The notes under the pieces are model-generated. The model was not told the DNA's origin. It did not search any database and worked only from the letters and a program-made list of their open reading frames with translations. Shown here piece after piece: positions 17,237 to 26,250 of a stretch of DNA of 64,000 nucleotides (position 1 is the first letter of the stretch; every line of letters starts with the position of its first letter). This stretch comes from an uncultured Aureitalea sp. (GTDB lineage: Bacteria; Bacteroidota; Bacteroidia; Flavobacteriales; Flavobacteriaceae), in assembly GCA_964614415.1 (NCBI GenBank), contig CAZTLE010000002.1:4027-68026 (forward strand). Direction: 5' to 3'. A program made the position numbers and the translations under genes.

Positions 17237-17874
17237 CGGACCCGGGAAATCGTAAGTCCGTCCCTTATGGGGAGCAATACGGTTTCCAATTGAGGATGTT
17301 CGTTTAACAGACGGTTATACGCTACCAGGGCCTTTGTGTCTTCGTCGTCGTCTGCAATGGGTTCGGTTACCTTTCCACTCCAGAGCACATTATCACTTAG
17401 TATTACCGAACCTGATTTCAGCTTCGGCATCACGATTTCCAGGTAATTTGGATAGTTGTTCTTATCGGCATCGATGAAGACAAGGTCGAAGGTGAGCTCC
17501 ATTTTCGGAATGAGATCAAGCGCATTAGCCACATATTGAATGATGCGATCCCCATAACCTGACTTGTCAAAATATTTCCGCTGAAAATCGTACAACTCCT
17601 CGTTGATGTCAATCGTGTGAATTTGGCCGTCGGATTGCATTCCTTCTGCCAGACAAAGGGCCGAATAACCGGTATATGTCCCTATCTCCAGAATGTTCCT
17701 GGGTCCGATAAGCTTGGAAAGCATACTTAGCACACGGCCTTGCAAATGCCCGCTAAGCATGCGTGGTTGGAGTATTTTTTGCCAGGTTTCACGATTGAGC
17801 TCCTGCAGCAGTTCCGGTTCGGCCTGTGTATGTGCTTCTACGTATTCGTCTATTTTTTTTGGGAGAAAATCCAT
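17233..17874 (-). CDS. class I SAM-dependent O-methyltransferase (CCoAOMT/YrrM-like)
   Basis: ILEIGTYTGYS SAM motif, FIDADK motif, 213 aa. Confidence 0.8.
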   Translation of the reverse strand: MDFLPKKIDEYVEAHTQAEPELLQELNRETWQKILQPRMLSGHLQGRVLSMLSKLIGPRNILEIGTYTGYSALCLAEGMQSDGQIHTIDINEELYDFQRKYFDKSGYGDRIIQYVANALDLIPKMELTFDLVFIDADKNNYPNYLEIVMPKLKSGSVILSDNVLWSGKVTEPIADDDEDTKALVAYNRLLNEHPQLETVLLPIRDGLTISRVR

Positions 17875-17919
17875 TGGTATTGGGTAGTTGTTAGTTATTA
17901 GTGGTTTGAAGAAAGTCTT

Positions 17920-17988
17920 TTGGAATTTGAAATTTGGATTTTGGAATTTTCACCCTGAGTCTGTCGAAGGGTGGATTTTGGAATTTCC
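17920..17988. repeat. Composite element: TTGGAAT-type heptads x4 plus type-B hairpin CACCCTGAGTCTGTCGAAGGGTGG
   Basis: ttggaat ttgaaat ttggatt ttggaat at 17920-17947. Hairpin at 17951-17974 (accct..agggt). attttggaatttcc at 17975-17988, immediately downstream of the ACMSD stop. Confidence 0.8.
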
Positions 17989-19074
17989 TCACGAGGTGAT
18001 CCTCTCAATCATCTTTTGTTTTCCTTCTTCATCATCACCCCACAGCCATTGTAACACATTGTCTTCCCACATGGCATCGCATTCGGCATCGGTGAGAATA
18101 TCCCGTTGCATGGCCAGATCCAGTATCTTGCCCGGATAGGATGATTGTGGCTCGCTTTCCATTTCCCCCAGGGGATACGGATCGTCCAACCCCACTAATA
18201 CCTGACTGGAAGACTGATTCTCAACCAGAAGCTTTAGGGATCCCGTGTCATGCACCAACGTGTCGAAGAAAATATTTTTATGTCCTACCGATTTCCGTGG
18301 ATGCACTTTTCCTTCAAATAGATCCGGCCGGCCGTCAAATCCCTGAATGCGCCGCCCCAGGTTGATTTGCGCCAATTGTCCGCCATGTGCAAAGCAGGTG
18401 CGCATATTCGGGTACTTATCGGCATAGCCGTTTAACGTTAGGAAATGATAGGCATCGGCACACTGCGCAAGCATCCAGATGAGATGGAAACGCCAGGCGG
18501 TATTTTCCAGTAGAATGAACTTTTCACCGTCGTACGGGTGAATTTCAACTGCCAAATTGTACTTACTGGCCAACTCGAAGATAGGCTCATTCTCTTCGTC
18601 GAAAATACAGCGCCAGGTTCCGATAGTGTCCATGTAGTGTGTAGGCAGACACAGTAGTTGCATGCCTAATTTTTCAACACAACGTTCGATTTCCCACATA
18701 GCACCTCGGACAAAACCCGGGTGAACCACAAACCCACAAGTGAATTTGGACGGATGATCATGCTGTATACTCGCGTTGAAATCATTTTGAAAGCGCAAAG
18801 CCTGCTTCATTTCTTCCACACGCAAACCGTTGCCGTACAACTGGGAAAGGTTGAGCACAACAGCATGGTCGATGTTGTACTTTTCCATCCATTCCAGCTT
18901 CTCGTCCAGGAAGAAACTTGAATCTGTCACCGGACGGCTCCAATTTTTCTGAAGCATGAATTTACGGTCTTTGTCTACCCAGAATATTTCCTTGTCCTTC
19001 ATGAATTGTGGAATCTGCTCCGGATAAGGCAGAAGGTGGGAATGTCCGTTAATACGTAGCTTGCGTTTTGCCAT
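17989..19074 (-). CDS. amidohydrolase family decarboxylase, probable 2-amino-3-carboxymuconate-6-semialdehyde decarboxylase (ACMSD)
   Basis: N-terminal INGHSHLLP metal-binding HxH, amidohydrolase_2-like length (361 aa), and location in the kynurenine cluster. Confidence 0.7.
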   Translation of the reverse strand: MAKRKLRINGHSHLLPYPEQIPQFMKDKEIFWVDKDRKFMLQKNWSRPVTDSSFFLDEKLEWMEKYNIDHAVVLNLSQLYGNGLRVEEMKQALRFQNDFNASIQHDHPSKFTCGFVVHPGFVRGAMWEIERCVEKLGMQLLCLPTHYMDTIGTWRCIFDEENEPIFELASKYNLAVEIHPYDGEKFILLENTAWRFHLIWMLAQCADAYHFLTLNGYADKYPNMRTCFAHGGQLAQINLGRRIQGFDGRPDLFEGKVHPRKSVGHKNIFFDTLVHDTGSLKLLVENQSSSQVLVGLDDPYPLGEMESEPQSSYPGKILDLAMQRDILTDAECDAMWEDNVLQWLWGDDEEGKQKMIERITS

Positions 19075-19083
19075 AGCCTAAAG

Positions 19084-19869
19084 TTACAAAGATTTGGTGC
19101 GACCGCCGTCCACGGGCAGGTTAATTCCGCTAATGTAGCTAGCAGCTTCACTGGCTAAAAAGGCTACTGCATTGGCTACTTCTCCCGGTTGTGCAAAGCG
19201 GCGGGCGGGAACGATATTCTTCATGAATTCACTAGCTTCTTCTTCGGTTTTGTTGAATTTCTTTGATGCGCTCGCAATGATATCGGCCAATCGGTCAGTA
19301 GCTGTAAAGCCAGGTAGCACATTGTTTACCGTAATTCCGAAGGGGCCTAGTTCATTAGCCAGGGTTTTACTCCAGTTGGCTACGGCACCCCGTATGGTAT
19401 TGCTTACACCCAGTCCGTCAATTGGCTGCTTCACAGAAGTGGAGATGATATTGATAATACGACCGTAATCCGCTTGTTTCATTCCCGGTACCAGGGCTTG
19501 CGTGAGGATGTGATTGCATATCAGGTGCTGCTGAAAAGCGCGTTCAAATTCATCGGTTGCAGCAGAGAAGATCGGACCTCCTTTGGGGCCTCCCGTATTA
19601 TTGATCAGGATGTGAAACGTTTTTTGTGCCGCAATAAGCTGTGCTTTTTCGCGCAATTCTTCGGCATTTGAGAAATCTGCCACAAAATAATTGTGTTTCT
19701 GACCCTGCTCATGGGACAGTTCGATAAGTGTTTCCTTGAGCTTTTCTTCATTTCGTGCCACCAGGGTAACGGTTGCACCCAGAGCGGCCAACTGCTTAGC
19801 AGAAGCCTTCCCGATACCGGCCGTACTTCCGCAGACCAGCGCATTTTTATTAGTAAGATCCAGGTTCAT
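19084..19869 (-). CDS. atypical short-chain dehydrogenase/reductase (SDR) family protein
   Basis: GSTAGIG Rossmann motif and NNTG. Gap-free colinear with E. coli FabG over the active site, but Tyr is replaced by Ser156 and Lys by Arg160 (GVSNTIRGAV). Confidence 0.75.
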   Translation of the reverse strand: MNLDLTNKNALVCGSTAGIGKASAKQLAALGATVTLVARNEEKLKETLIELSHEQGQKHNYFVADFSNAEELREKAQLIAAQKTFHILINNTGGPKGGPIFSAATDEFERAFQQHLICNHILTQALVPGMKQADYGRIINIISTSVKQPIDGLGVSNTIRGAVANWSKTLANELGPFGITVNNVLPGFTATDRLADIIASASKKFNKTEEEASEFMKNIVPARRFAQPGEVANAVAFLASEAASYISGINLPVDGGRTKSL

Positions 19870-19881
19870 ATATTATCTTAT

Positions 19882-20080
19882 GTTGATTCGTTTATTCGTT
19901 GATTTGTTTTTTTGTTGATTCGCCTGCCTGCCGACGGGCAGGTTTAATTGGTGAATCGTTTAATTGTTGAATCGGTTAATCGGTGAATTGTTTGGTAATT
20001 TTGCTCTAACTTCTAGTCTCTATTTTCTCATTTCTAATTCCTCAAGCCTCAAGCCTCACACCTCAAGCCTCACACCTCAC
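19882..20080. repeat. 200 bp compound element: GTTGATTn octads, type-A hairpin, GTGAATCG-type repeats, CCTCAAG/CCTCACA heptads x6
   Basis: Octads at 19882-19922. cctgcctgccgacgggcaggt at 19923-19943. ttaattggtgaatcgtttaattgttgaatcggttaatcggtgaatt at 19944-19990. Heptads at 20040-20080 overlap the ALDH stop codon. Confidence 0.8.
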
Positions 20081-21524
20081 TACTATACTTAATACACACA
20101 TTCTTCGGTTCGGTAAAGAAACGGAGTGCTTCGAATCCACCTTCCCGGCCCACACCGCTATTTTTTACACCGCCAAACGGAGTGCGTAGGTCGCGATTCA
20201 ACCAGGTGTTTACCCAGACGATGCCGGCCTCCAGTTGTTTGGATACCCGCATAGTTCTGTGTACATCGTTGGTCCAAAGGGTAGAGGAGAGGCCATATTT
20301 TACGCCATTGGCCATGCGTAAGGCTTCTTCTTCAGTATCAAAAGGCATGATCGTCACTACCGGTCCGAATATCTCCTCTTGATTCACCCGACACTGATCA
20401 TCATACACCTCAATCACAGTTGGCTCGAGGTAATAGCCATCCTCGAATCCAGGTACTGTTACCTGATTCCCACCGCATAGAACAGTCCCGCCTTCTTCCT
20501 TTGCCAGTTCGATATACGACTGCACCTTTTCCATGTGCGGTTTGGAAACGAGCGCCCCAACTTTGGTATCCGCAGCATAGGGATCGCCAATCTTCATTTG
20601 CTTCACTTTTTCTACGAAGTCAGATTTGAACTTATCGTAAAGAGGCCTTTCCACAAAAATACGGCTGCCACACAGGCAAATTTGCCCCTGATTGGCAAAA
20701 GACGATCTCAAGGTAACAGCGAGCATCTTGTCGTAGTCGCAATCGGCGAAAATTAGGTTGGGGTTCTTACCTCCCAGCTCTAAAGACAGTTTTTTGAACA
20801 TGGGAGCTGCGGTTCGGGCGATATGTTCGCCGGTAGCAGTTCCGCCGGTGAATGAGATAGCTTTGATATTAGGGTGTTCAACAATGGCCTGCCCGGCCGA
20901 AGGGCCTGTGCCATGTACAATATTTAAAACTCCCGGGGGCAGCCCTGCTTCTGTAAGGATTTCTCCGAGAAGATAGGCCGTCATTGGAGTTACTTCGCTG
21001 GGTTTTGCAACGACAGTATTCCCTGCGGCTATGGCCGGAGCCACTTTCCAGGTGAACAGGTACAGAGGTAGATTCCATGGTGAGATACACCCTACAACAC
21101 CGATGGGCTGTCGCAGGGTAAAATTCATGGTATCCAGACCTACACTTTCATGGGCCTCACTGGCAAACTGCGTAATGGCATTGGCAAAGAACCGGAAGTT
21201 GCTCGACGCTCTGGGTATGTCCACAGCTTTGGACAACCAGAGTGGCTTTCCGTTGTCTTTGGTTTCTGCTTCAGCCAAACGGTCGAGATTGGCTTCGATA
21301 AGCGAAGCTACTTTCAGAAGAATCCGGCTGCGCTCATCGATAGGGGTATTTGACCAGGACGGAAAGGCGGCTTTGGCTGCATCATAGGCCCGGGCGATAT
21401 CATCGGCATTCGAATTTGCGATTTGCGAATAGACTTCGCCTTTCGAAGGATTATAATTATCAAGCCACTCTCCTGACACAGGTTCGCAATATTCACCGTT
21501 TATATAGTTTAAGATTTTTTGCAT
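20070..21524 (-). CDS. NAD-dependent aldehyde dehydrogenase, probable 2-aminomuconate-6-semialdehyde dehydrogenase
   Basis: 484 aa ALDH with the ELGGKNP Glu motif and FANQGQICLCGSR catalytic Cys motif. The specific substrate is inferred from cluster context. Confidence 0.7.
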   Translation of the reverse strand: MQKILNYINGEYCEPVSGEWLDNYNPSKGEVYSQIANSNADDIARAYDAAKAAFPSWSNTPIDERSRILLKVASLIEANLDRLAEAETKDNGKPLWLSKAVDIPRASSNFRFFANAITQFASEAHESVGLDTMNFTLRQPIGVVGCISPWNLPLYLFTWKVAPAIAAGNTVVAKPSEVTPMTAYLLGEILTEAGLPPGVLNIVHGTGPSAGQAIVEHPNIKAISFTGGTATGEHIARTAAPMFKKLSLELGGKNPNLIFADCDYDKMLAVTLRSSFANQGQICLCGSRIFVERPLYDKFKSDFVEKVKQMKIGDPYAADTKVGALVSKPHMEKVQSYIELAKEEGGTVLCGGNQVTVPGFEDGYYLEPTVIEVYDDQCRVNQEEIFGPVVTIMPFDTEEEALRMANGVKYGLSSTLWTNDVHRTMRVSKQLEAGIVWVNTWLNRDLRTPFGGVKNSGVGREGGFEALRFFTEPKNVCIKYSSEV

Positions 21525-21546
21525 ATCAAGCTACTCTTCATGTTGC

Positions 21547-21576
21547 ATGAGATTTCTCTCTTCGTTCGAAATGACA
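21547..21576. repeat. REP-like motif (minus strand GTCATTTCGAACGAAGAGAGAAATCTCAT)
   Basis: Single copy in this window. It resembles short intergenic repeats I recall from Bacteroidota genomes. Lies between the ALDH start and the RidA stop. Confidence 0.3.
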
Positions 21577-21593
21577 ATAAAAAATAATAATAC

Positions 21594-22013
21594 TTAATCC
21601 ACCGGCTTATACGCCATGGCTTTTATCTCTACCACCAAATTGGGGTGAGGTAATTGATGTACAGCCACCGTTGTGCGCGCGGGACCTGTTTCCTTGCTAA
21701 AGAACTCGGCATACACCTCGTTGTATCCTGCAAAGTCATTCATATTCACCAGAAAAGTAGTCACATCGACCACATCGTCCATAGTGGCTCCTTCGGTGGC
21801 AAGGTAGTCTTTGATATTTTCCAGAACAGCCCGGGTCTGTTCGCGGACGTCGAGTCTCATGGTTCCCATTTCATCCACCTGATGCACCCCGGCGAAGGTA
21901 TTGTCCGGTAACCGGGAACTGGTGCCGGAAACAAAAATGTAATCTCCGGCGCGCTTCACATGTGGATACGCTCCTCGTGGCGTTGCCTTTCCTTCAACTA
22001 GTCTGCTTTTCAT
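21594..22013 (-). CDS. RidA/YjgF family protein, candidate 2-aminomuconate deaminase
   Basis: 139 aa with the YjgF/RidA-type C-terminus [10 protein letters not shown]....VEI. The deaminase role is inferred from context. Confidence 0.65.
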   Translation of the reverse strand: MKSRLVEGKATPRGAYPHVKRAGDYIFVSGTSSRLPDNTFAGVHQVDEMGTMRLDVREQTRAVLENIKDYLATEGATMDDVVDVTTFLVNMNDFAGYNEVYAEFFSKETGPARTTVAVHQLPHPNLVVEIKAMAYKPVD

Positions 22014-22033
22014 GATAAGTTTATCTTGTTTCA

Positions 22034-22075
22034 GGGCGCTGAGTATCAGCCGAAGGCCGATGTACCGAAGCGCCC
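22034..22075. repeat. Degenerate type-B-like nested hairpin
   Basis: gggcgct (22034-22040) pairs with agcgccc (22069-22075). It encloses ctgagtatcagccgaaggccgat, which echoes the CTGAG..C.GCCGAAGG core. Confidence 0.45.
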
Positions 22076-22080
22076 GATTC

Positions 22081-23481
22081 TTATAAATTCTTCACTACCG
22101 AATCGACGTATAAAATGTCGGCAGTTTCTATTTTTACCAGGTCCAGTTTTTCCCGGAGGGTCATGGCATCTGTGATCCTTCCTTCGTCCAGCAAATTCAG
22201 GATGGCTTTGTCCTGGGCGCGACCTCTGCGCATGGCTTCCGAGTACGGAACCTCTTCTTCAAAGGTCACCAGGGAATACTTGGAGTGATATTCTTTCGGA
22301 AATTCGTTTTCAAAGGCTATCTCCAATTTGCGTTTCTCCTGGAATAACGGATTGGCCGTATGTTCCTTCATTTCGTGGAAATTGTCAACGGCAAGATCGG
22401 CAATGGCATCGGTATCTTTTTTTCTTTGGGCCTCATAGGCTGAAAAGACTTGTTCCCAATCACCCTCGTGCCGGTCCAGAACCTCGTTCAGTACCACCAC
22501 ATCTTCAAAGGAGGCATTCATACCCTGACCATAGAAAGGCACGATGGCATGTGCTGCATCACCCATGAGCAGTGTTTTGCCATAGGAATGCCACGGAGAA
22601 CATTTAATGGTGCCCAGAGGTCCTGTAGGGTTTTCGAAGAACTCCTCCGCAAGGTTTGGCATCAGGGCGACTGCATCAGGAAATTCAGAAGTAAAATATT
22701 CCTCTACCTTTTCAGGAGTCGTTAGATTGTCAAAACAGTAATCACTGTTGGAATAGGGTAGGAACAAGGTCACGGTAAAGCTACCGTCCAGGTTGGGCAG
22801 GGCAATTAGCATGTCCTCGCCCCGCGGCCAAATATGCAATGCACTCTTGTCAGTGCGATAACCACCACCTTCGGCGGGTGGGATGGTAATTTCTTTGTAC
22901 CCATGCGTCAACCAGTCCTGAGAATAACTAAAGAGAAATTCACGCTGCAGGAACATGCTTTTGCGGACTGCTGATCCGGCACCATCGGTTCCAAATAATA
23001 TATCAGCCGAAAGGACCACGTCCTCTCCCGTATCGTAATTGGTGAAAGTCGCGGAGGCACTCTGCAGGTCTACCGACTTGCAACCGTGATTGAAGTAGAG
23101 CGTCACCTCCGGCATCTCCTCAGCGGCATCCAGTAATACCATATTCAGTCCCGGACGTGAAATGGAGTTAATGTATTCTTCTTCCCGTCCGCTGTAACGG
23201 CTTAAGAAGGTATTTCCTTCAGGATCGTGAATGCGCCTCCCCAGCATTGGAATGCAAAGTGCTTCGACCTCTTTTTCCAGACCTACCATGGTCATGGCTT
23301 TGATACCGCGGTCTGAAAATGCCAGGTTAATTGACCGGCCGGCATCCTGTTCCACTTTCCGCAGATCCGGACGTTTTTCCACCATGGTGACCTTATATCC
23401 GCGTTGTGCCATACGAAGGGCCAGGAGACTTCCGCAAAGTCCTGCGCCTACTATGAGTATATGTTCTTTTGTATTGGGCAT
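22081..23481 (-). CDS. kmo: kynurenine 3-monooxygenase (FAD-dependent)
   Basis: [30 protein letters not shown] dinucleotide fold, [16 protein letters not shown] motif, 466 aa. Confidence 0.8.
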   Translation of the reverse strand: MPNTKEHILIVGAGLCGSLLALRMAQRGYKVTMVEKRPDLRKVEQDAGRSINLAFSDRGIKAMTMVGLEKEVEALCIPMLGRRIHDPEGNTFLSRYSGREEEYINSISRPGLNMVLLDAAEEMPEVTLYFNHGCKSVDLQSASATFTNYDTGEDVVLSADILFGTDGAGSAVRKSMFLQREFLFSYSQDWLTHGYKEITIPPAEGGGYRTDKSALHIWPRGEDMLIALPNLDGSFTVTLFLPYSNSDYCFDNLTTPEKVEEYFTSEFPDAVALMPNLAEEFFENPTGPLGTIKCSPWHSYGKTLLMGDAAHAIVPFYGQGMNASFEDVVVLNEVLDRHEGDWEQVFSAYEAQRKKDTDAIADLAVDNFHEMKEHTANPLFQEKRKLEIAFENEFPKEYHSKYSLVTFEEEVPYSEAMRRGRAQDKAILNLLDEGRITDAMTLREKLDLVKIETADILYVDSVVKNL

Positions 23482-23487
23482 GTGATA

Positions 23488-24750
23488 CTAAGTTAGAACT
23501 TTTTTAAGCCGTTCGACGAACTGAAAAACATCCTCAAAACTGTTATACAGAGGGACGGGTGCCACACGGATCACATCCGGCTCCCGCCAATCGCTTATTA
23601 CACCCGCCTGGGTGAGTTGATCGTGCAGTGCTTTATCTGCACTAAGCACCTGGATGGAGAGCTGACAGCCACGTTCGTCCGGATTTCTCGGAGTAATGAT
23701 CTGAATGCGATCGTCATTGAGTTCATCAATTAAAAATTCCAGAAAACCGGTAAGCTTCAATGATTTTTCCCTAAGGTTTTCCATTCCGGCTTCCATATAT
23801 ACTTCCAGAGAAGCACGAATGGCTACCATGGAAAGAATAGGCGGGTTGCTCAACTGCCATCCTTCGGCACCGGGAAGTACGTCAAATTCATGGCGCATGT
23901 TGAAACGCGTTTGCTTGTTGTGCCCCCACCATCCTGCGAAACGCTTCAGTTCAGGGTTATTTGCATGTCGTTCGTGCACAAAACAACCGCCCAGACTTCC
24001 GGGTCCGCTGTTGAGGTATTTATAAGTACACCATACGGCGAAATCGGCTCCGGTGTCATGTAATTTCGGAAGGATGTTTCCCGCACCATGGGCCAGGTCA
24101 AAACCTACCATGGCACCATGTCGATGTCCGAGTTCTGCAATCTGTTGCAAGGGATATACCTGACCGCTGTAATAGTTAGGGCAGCCTATCAATAATAAGG
24201 CGACAGAATCGCCCTGATCCCGCATTATTGTTTCCAGATCTTCAAACCTGCACAATTCTTCTCCTTCCGGCGGCGACCAAAGAATTAGGCCGTCTTCAGG
24301 ATCGAATCCATGAAAACGCAACTGACTTTCAACAGCATACTTGTCGGAAGGAAAAGCATCTTTTTCAATAATGATCTTATATCTGGAATCGGTAGGGCGG
24401 TAAAAAGAGACCATCATAAAATGAAGATTGGCGGTAAGGGTGTTCATTACCACCACCTCTTCCGGTTTGGCTCCAACTACGGTTGCCATGCTGTTGGTAA
24501 GGAATTCATGATATGGAAGCCAGGGGTGACGAGCTTCCAAATGCCCTTCTACGCCGAGCGAAGCCCAGTCTTCCAGCTCACTCTTAAGATATTGTTCGGT
24601 GCGTTTGGGTTGTAAACCAAGGGAATTTCCACAGAAGTAGACGAGTTCTTCTCCCGAAGCATCTTTTGGCATATGAAATTGCTCCCGAAAATGCCGTAAC
24701 GGATCTTGATTGTCGCAGTTCCGGGCATAGGCGAGGCTATTTTCGTACAT
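23488..24750 (-). CDS. kynU: kynureninase
   Basis: 420 aa PLP enzyme with FCGNSLGLQPK and WCTYKYLNSGPG (PLP Lys) motifs. Confidence 0.85.
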   Translation of the reverse strand: MYENSLAYARNCDNQDPLRHFREQFHMPKDASGEELVYFCGNSLGLQPKRTEQYLKSELEDWASLGVEGHLEARHPWLPYHEFLTNSMATVVGAKPEEVVVMNTLTANLHFMMVSFYRPTDSRYKIIIEKDAFPSDKYAVESQLRFHGFDPEDGLILWSPPEGEELCRFEDLETIMRDQGDSVALLLIGCPNYYSGQVYPLQQIAELGHRHGAMVGFDLAHGAGNILPKLHDTGADFAVWCTYKYLNSGPGSLGGCFVHERHANNPELKRFAGWWGHNKQTRFNMRHEFDVLPGAEGWQLSNPPILSMVAIRASLEVYMEAGMENLREKSLKLTGFLEFLIDELNDDRIQIITPRNPDERGCQLSIQVLSADKALHDQLTQAGVISDWREPDVIRVAPVPLYNSFEDVFQFVERLKKVLT

Positions 24751-24875
24751 AGTGAAGGAAGTTAATTGCCTAACAAAAATAGGAATTAATATCCGTTCGA
24801 TTCAATGATCCGTTCTCCAAAAATACACAGCCTGTGAATTGCCTTAAAACTTACTCTTTCTCGGCTCGTAATGGT

Positions 24876-24900
24876 CGAATCCCCCGACCTGCTCAGGGCT
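24876..24900. repeat. Degenerate type-B half element (tcgaatcccccgacctgctcagggct)
   Basis: Similar to ccacccttcggcatgctcagggt at 11726-11748. Lies between the lipoprotein gene stop and the kynU start. Confidence 0.35.
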
Positions 24901-24914
24901 TTGGTGATAATCGA

Positions 24915-25604
24915 CTATTTGATGGTCACATTGGTGAAAAAAAGCTCGAAACCTCCGGTACTGTCGCGGTGCATTTTGGCAAAGTGGATTCCGTTTTGAG
25001 TGGTGTGGTCTTCCCAGGTATTAGTCATGGTGGGAATGCTATCATTTCCTTCGCGGAAAACCCATTCATGGATCTTGAATTCCGAGTCATAGTAGAAATC
25101 GTAAGCATCTCCGGGTGTATATCCGCCACTGGGGCCATAGGTTATGGTTAACCTGTTAAGCGTGTCCTGAGAAATAGGAGCAAGGACATTCTCTTCTTCG
25201 GAGAAGGACGTTCCTTCATCCCAAACCAGATTGAACGGGGCCAAAAGCCAGTACTTGTCATTGATGAATCCGGCGTCAGCGCGCTGCGTCAAACTGTCAA
25301 TATTACTGCGATTGTAGGAAACCGTATCTCCGGCCATGATCATAGTAACATCTCCTGTCTTGGGTTTCCAGATCCAGCCGCGTTCAAAATTTCTATTGGG
25401 ACGTTTCACATTGAACGTAAATTGAACTTCGGTAACATTATCCCAATTCTCATACCCATAGGCATTGGCAATGGCTTCTGCCGTGCTGAGTTCCCTTGAC
25501 TCGGGAACATCCACCTCTGATTCTGAATTTTCGATGGTTTTGGCGTCATTTTTACAGCTAATGACCGCAAGGCCTAAACATAACAAAAGGAGTGTGGTTC
25601 TCAT
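24915..25604 (-). CDS. hypothetical lipoprotein
   Basis: MRTTLLLLCLGLAVISC lipobox. No recognisable domain. Confidence 0.55.
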   Translation of the reverse strand: MRTTLLLLCLGLAVISCKNDAKTIENSESEVDVPESRELSTAEAIANAYGYENWDNVTEVQFTFNVKRPNRNFERGWIWKPKTGDVTMIMAGDTVSYNRSNIDSLTQRADAGFINDKYWLLAPFNLVWDEGTSFSEEENVLAPISQDTLNRLTITYGPSGGYTPGDAYDFYYDSEFKIHEWVFREGNDSIPTMTNTWEDHTTQNGIHFAKMHRDSTGGFELFFTNVTIK

Positions 25605-25677
25605 GGTTGGAATTTTTTATAAAAGTAACGAAACGGATTTACTTGGAGTTCTTTACTGAAGGCGATTAACACAAAAC

Positions 25678-25707
25678 AAAAAAGCCTCTCTCCAAAAGGA
25701 GAAAGGC
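25678..25707 (-). terminator. Rho-independent terminator of the cupredoxin-like gene
   Basis: On the minus strand gcctttctcc pairs with ggagagaggc (one G-U pair), followed by ttttttgtttt. Confidence 0.75.
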
Positions 25708-25735
25708 CTTGATAAAAAATGCTTGACTGAAAGTC

Positions 25736-26110
25736 CTACTGGACGATCAGTGTATATTGGGGAGTGGGATTCAGTGGGCAGAAGTACACGTACTCGCCTT
25801 TTTCAAGGGTCACTTCTTTGGACGTTTCTTTAGTGTTGTTGGCCACAGGGCTGGTCACATAGGCACTTTTGATGTGCGCATCAGGATTGCTCTTGGGTGC
25901 TAATACGAATCCTACATTATGACCAACGTTGTTGTTGGCGATCTCAAAAACGTAGGTTCCCGGCTTTAACGTAAGTTGCTTTTGGGTAAATTCTCCCTTT
26001 GTTTGTTCAAGAGAAACGGTTTTTGTTTCCTTGGCCATCATTTTGTCCTGGGCGTTGGCCGTAGCGAACACACCGAAAATCATTATTAATAGTACTGCAA
26101 TCTTTTTCAT
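25736..26110 (-). CDS. cupredoxin-like domain protein, secreted
   Basis: Signal peptide. HNVGF and YFCP segments resemble plastocyanin/azurin folds, but the loop after the Cys lacks His and Met. Confidence 0.5.
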   Translation of the reverse strand: MKKIAVLLIMIFGVFATANAQDKMMAKETKTVSLEQTKGEFTQKQLTLKPGTYVFEIANNNVGHNVGFVLAPKSNPDAHIKSAYVTSPVANNTKETSKEVTLEKGEYVYFCPLNPTPQYTLIVQ

Positions 26111-26250
26111 GTTGAGTTATTTTAGATTAGACGTTTACTTTTTTTGACAGTACAAAGATGCGACCGAAGAGAGGTGGCGCTATTGTGTTTTTTTCCCGAT
26201 GACTTGTCATTCTTTCCTTGAAGAAGTTTATTTTTAGCAAAAAGACCGGA

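Noticed and set aside
17888-18139. 83 aa plus-strand ORF spanning the heptad/hairpin element (FWNLKFGFWNFHPESVEGW...)
   Set aside because: It is a translation of the repeat element and of the antisense of the ACMSD 3' end. Repeat-derived pseudo-peptides like this are not genes.
24834-25151. 105 aa plus-strand ORF overlapping the lipoprotein gene and a repeat remnant
   Set aside because: It is antisense to a gene with a clear lipobox, and its start lies within REP-like sequence. It has no motif.
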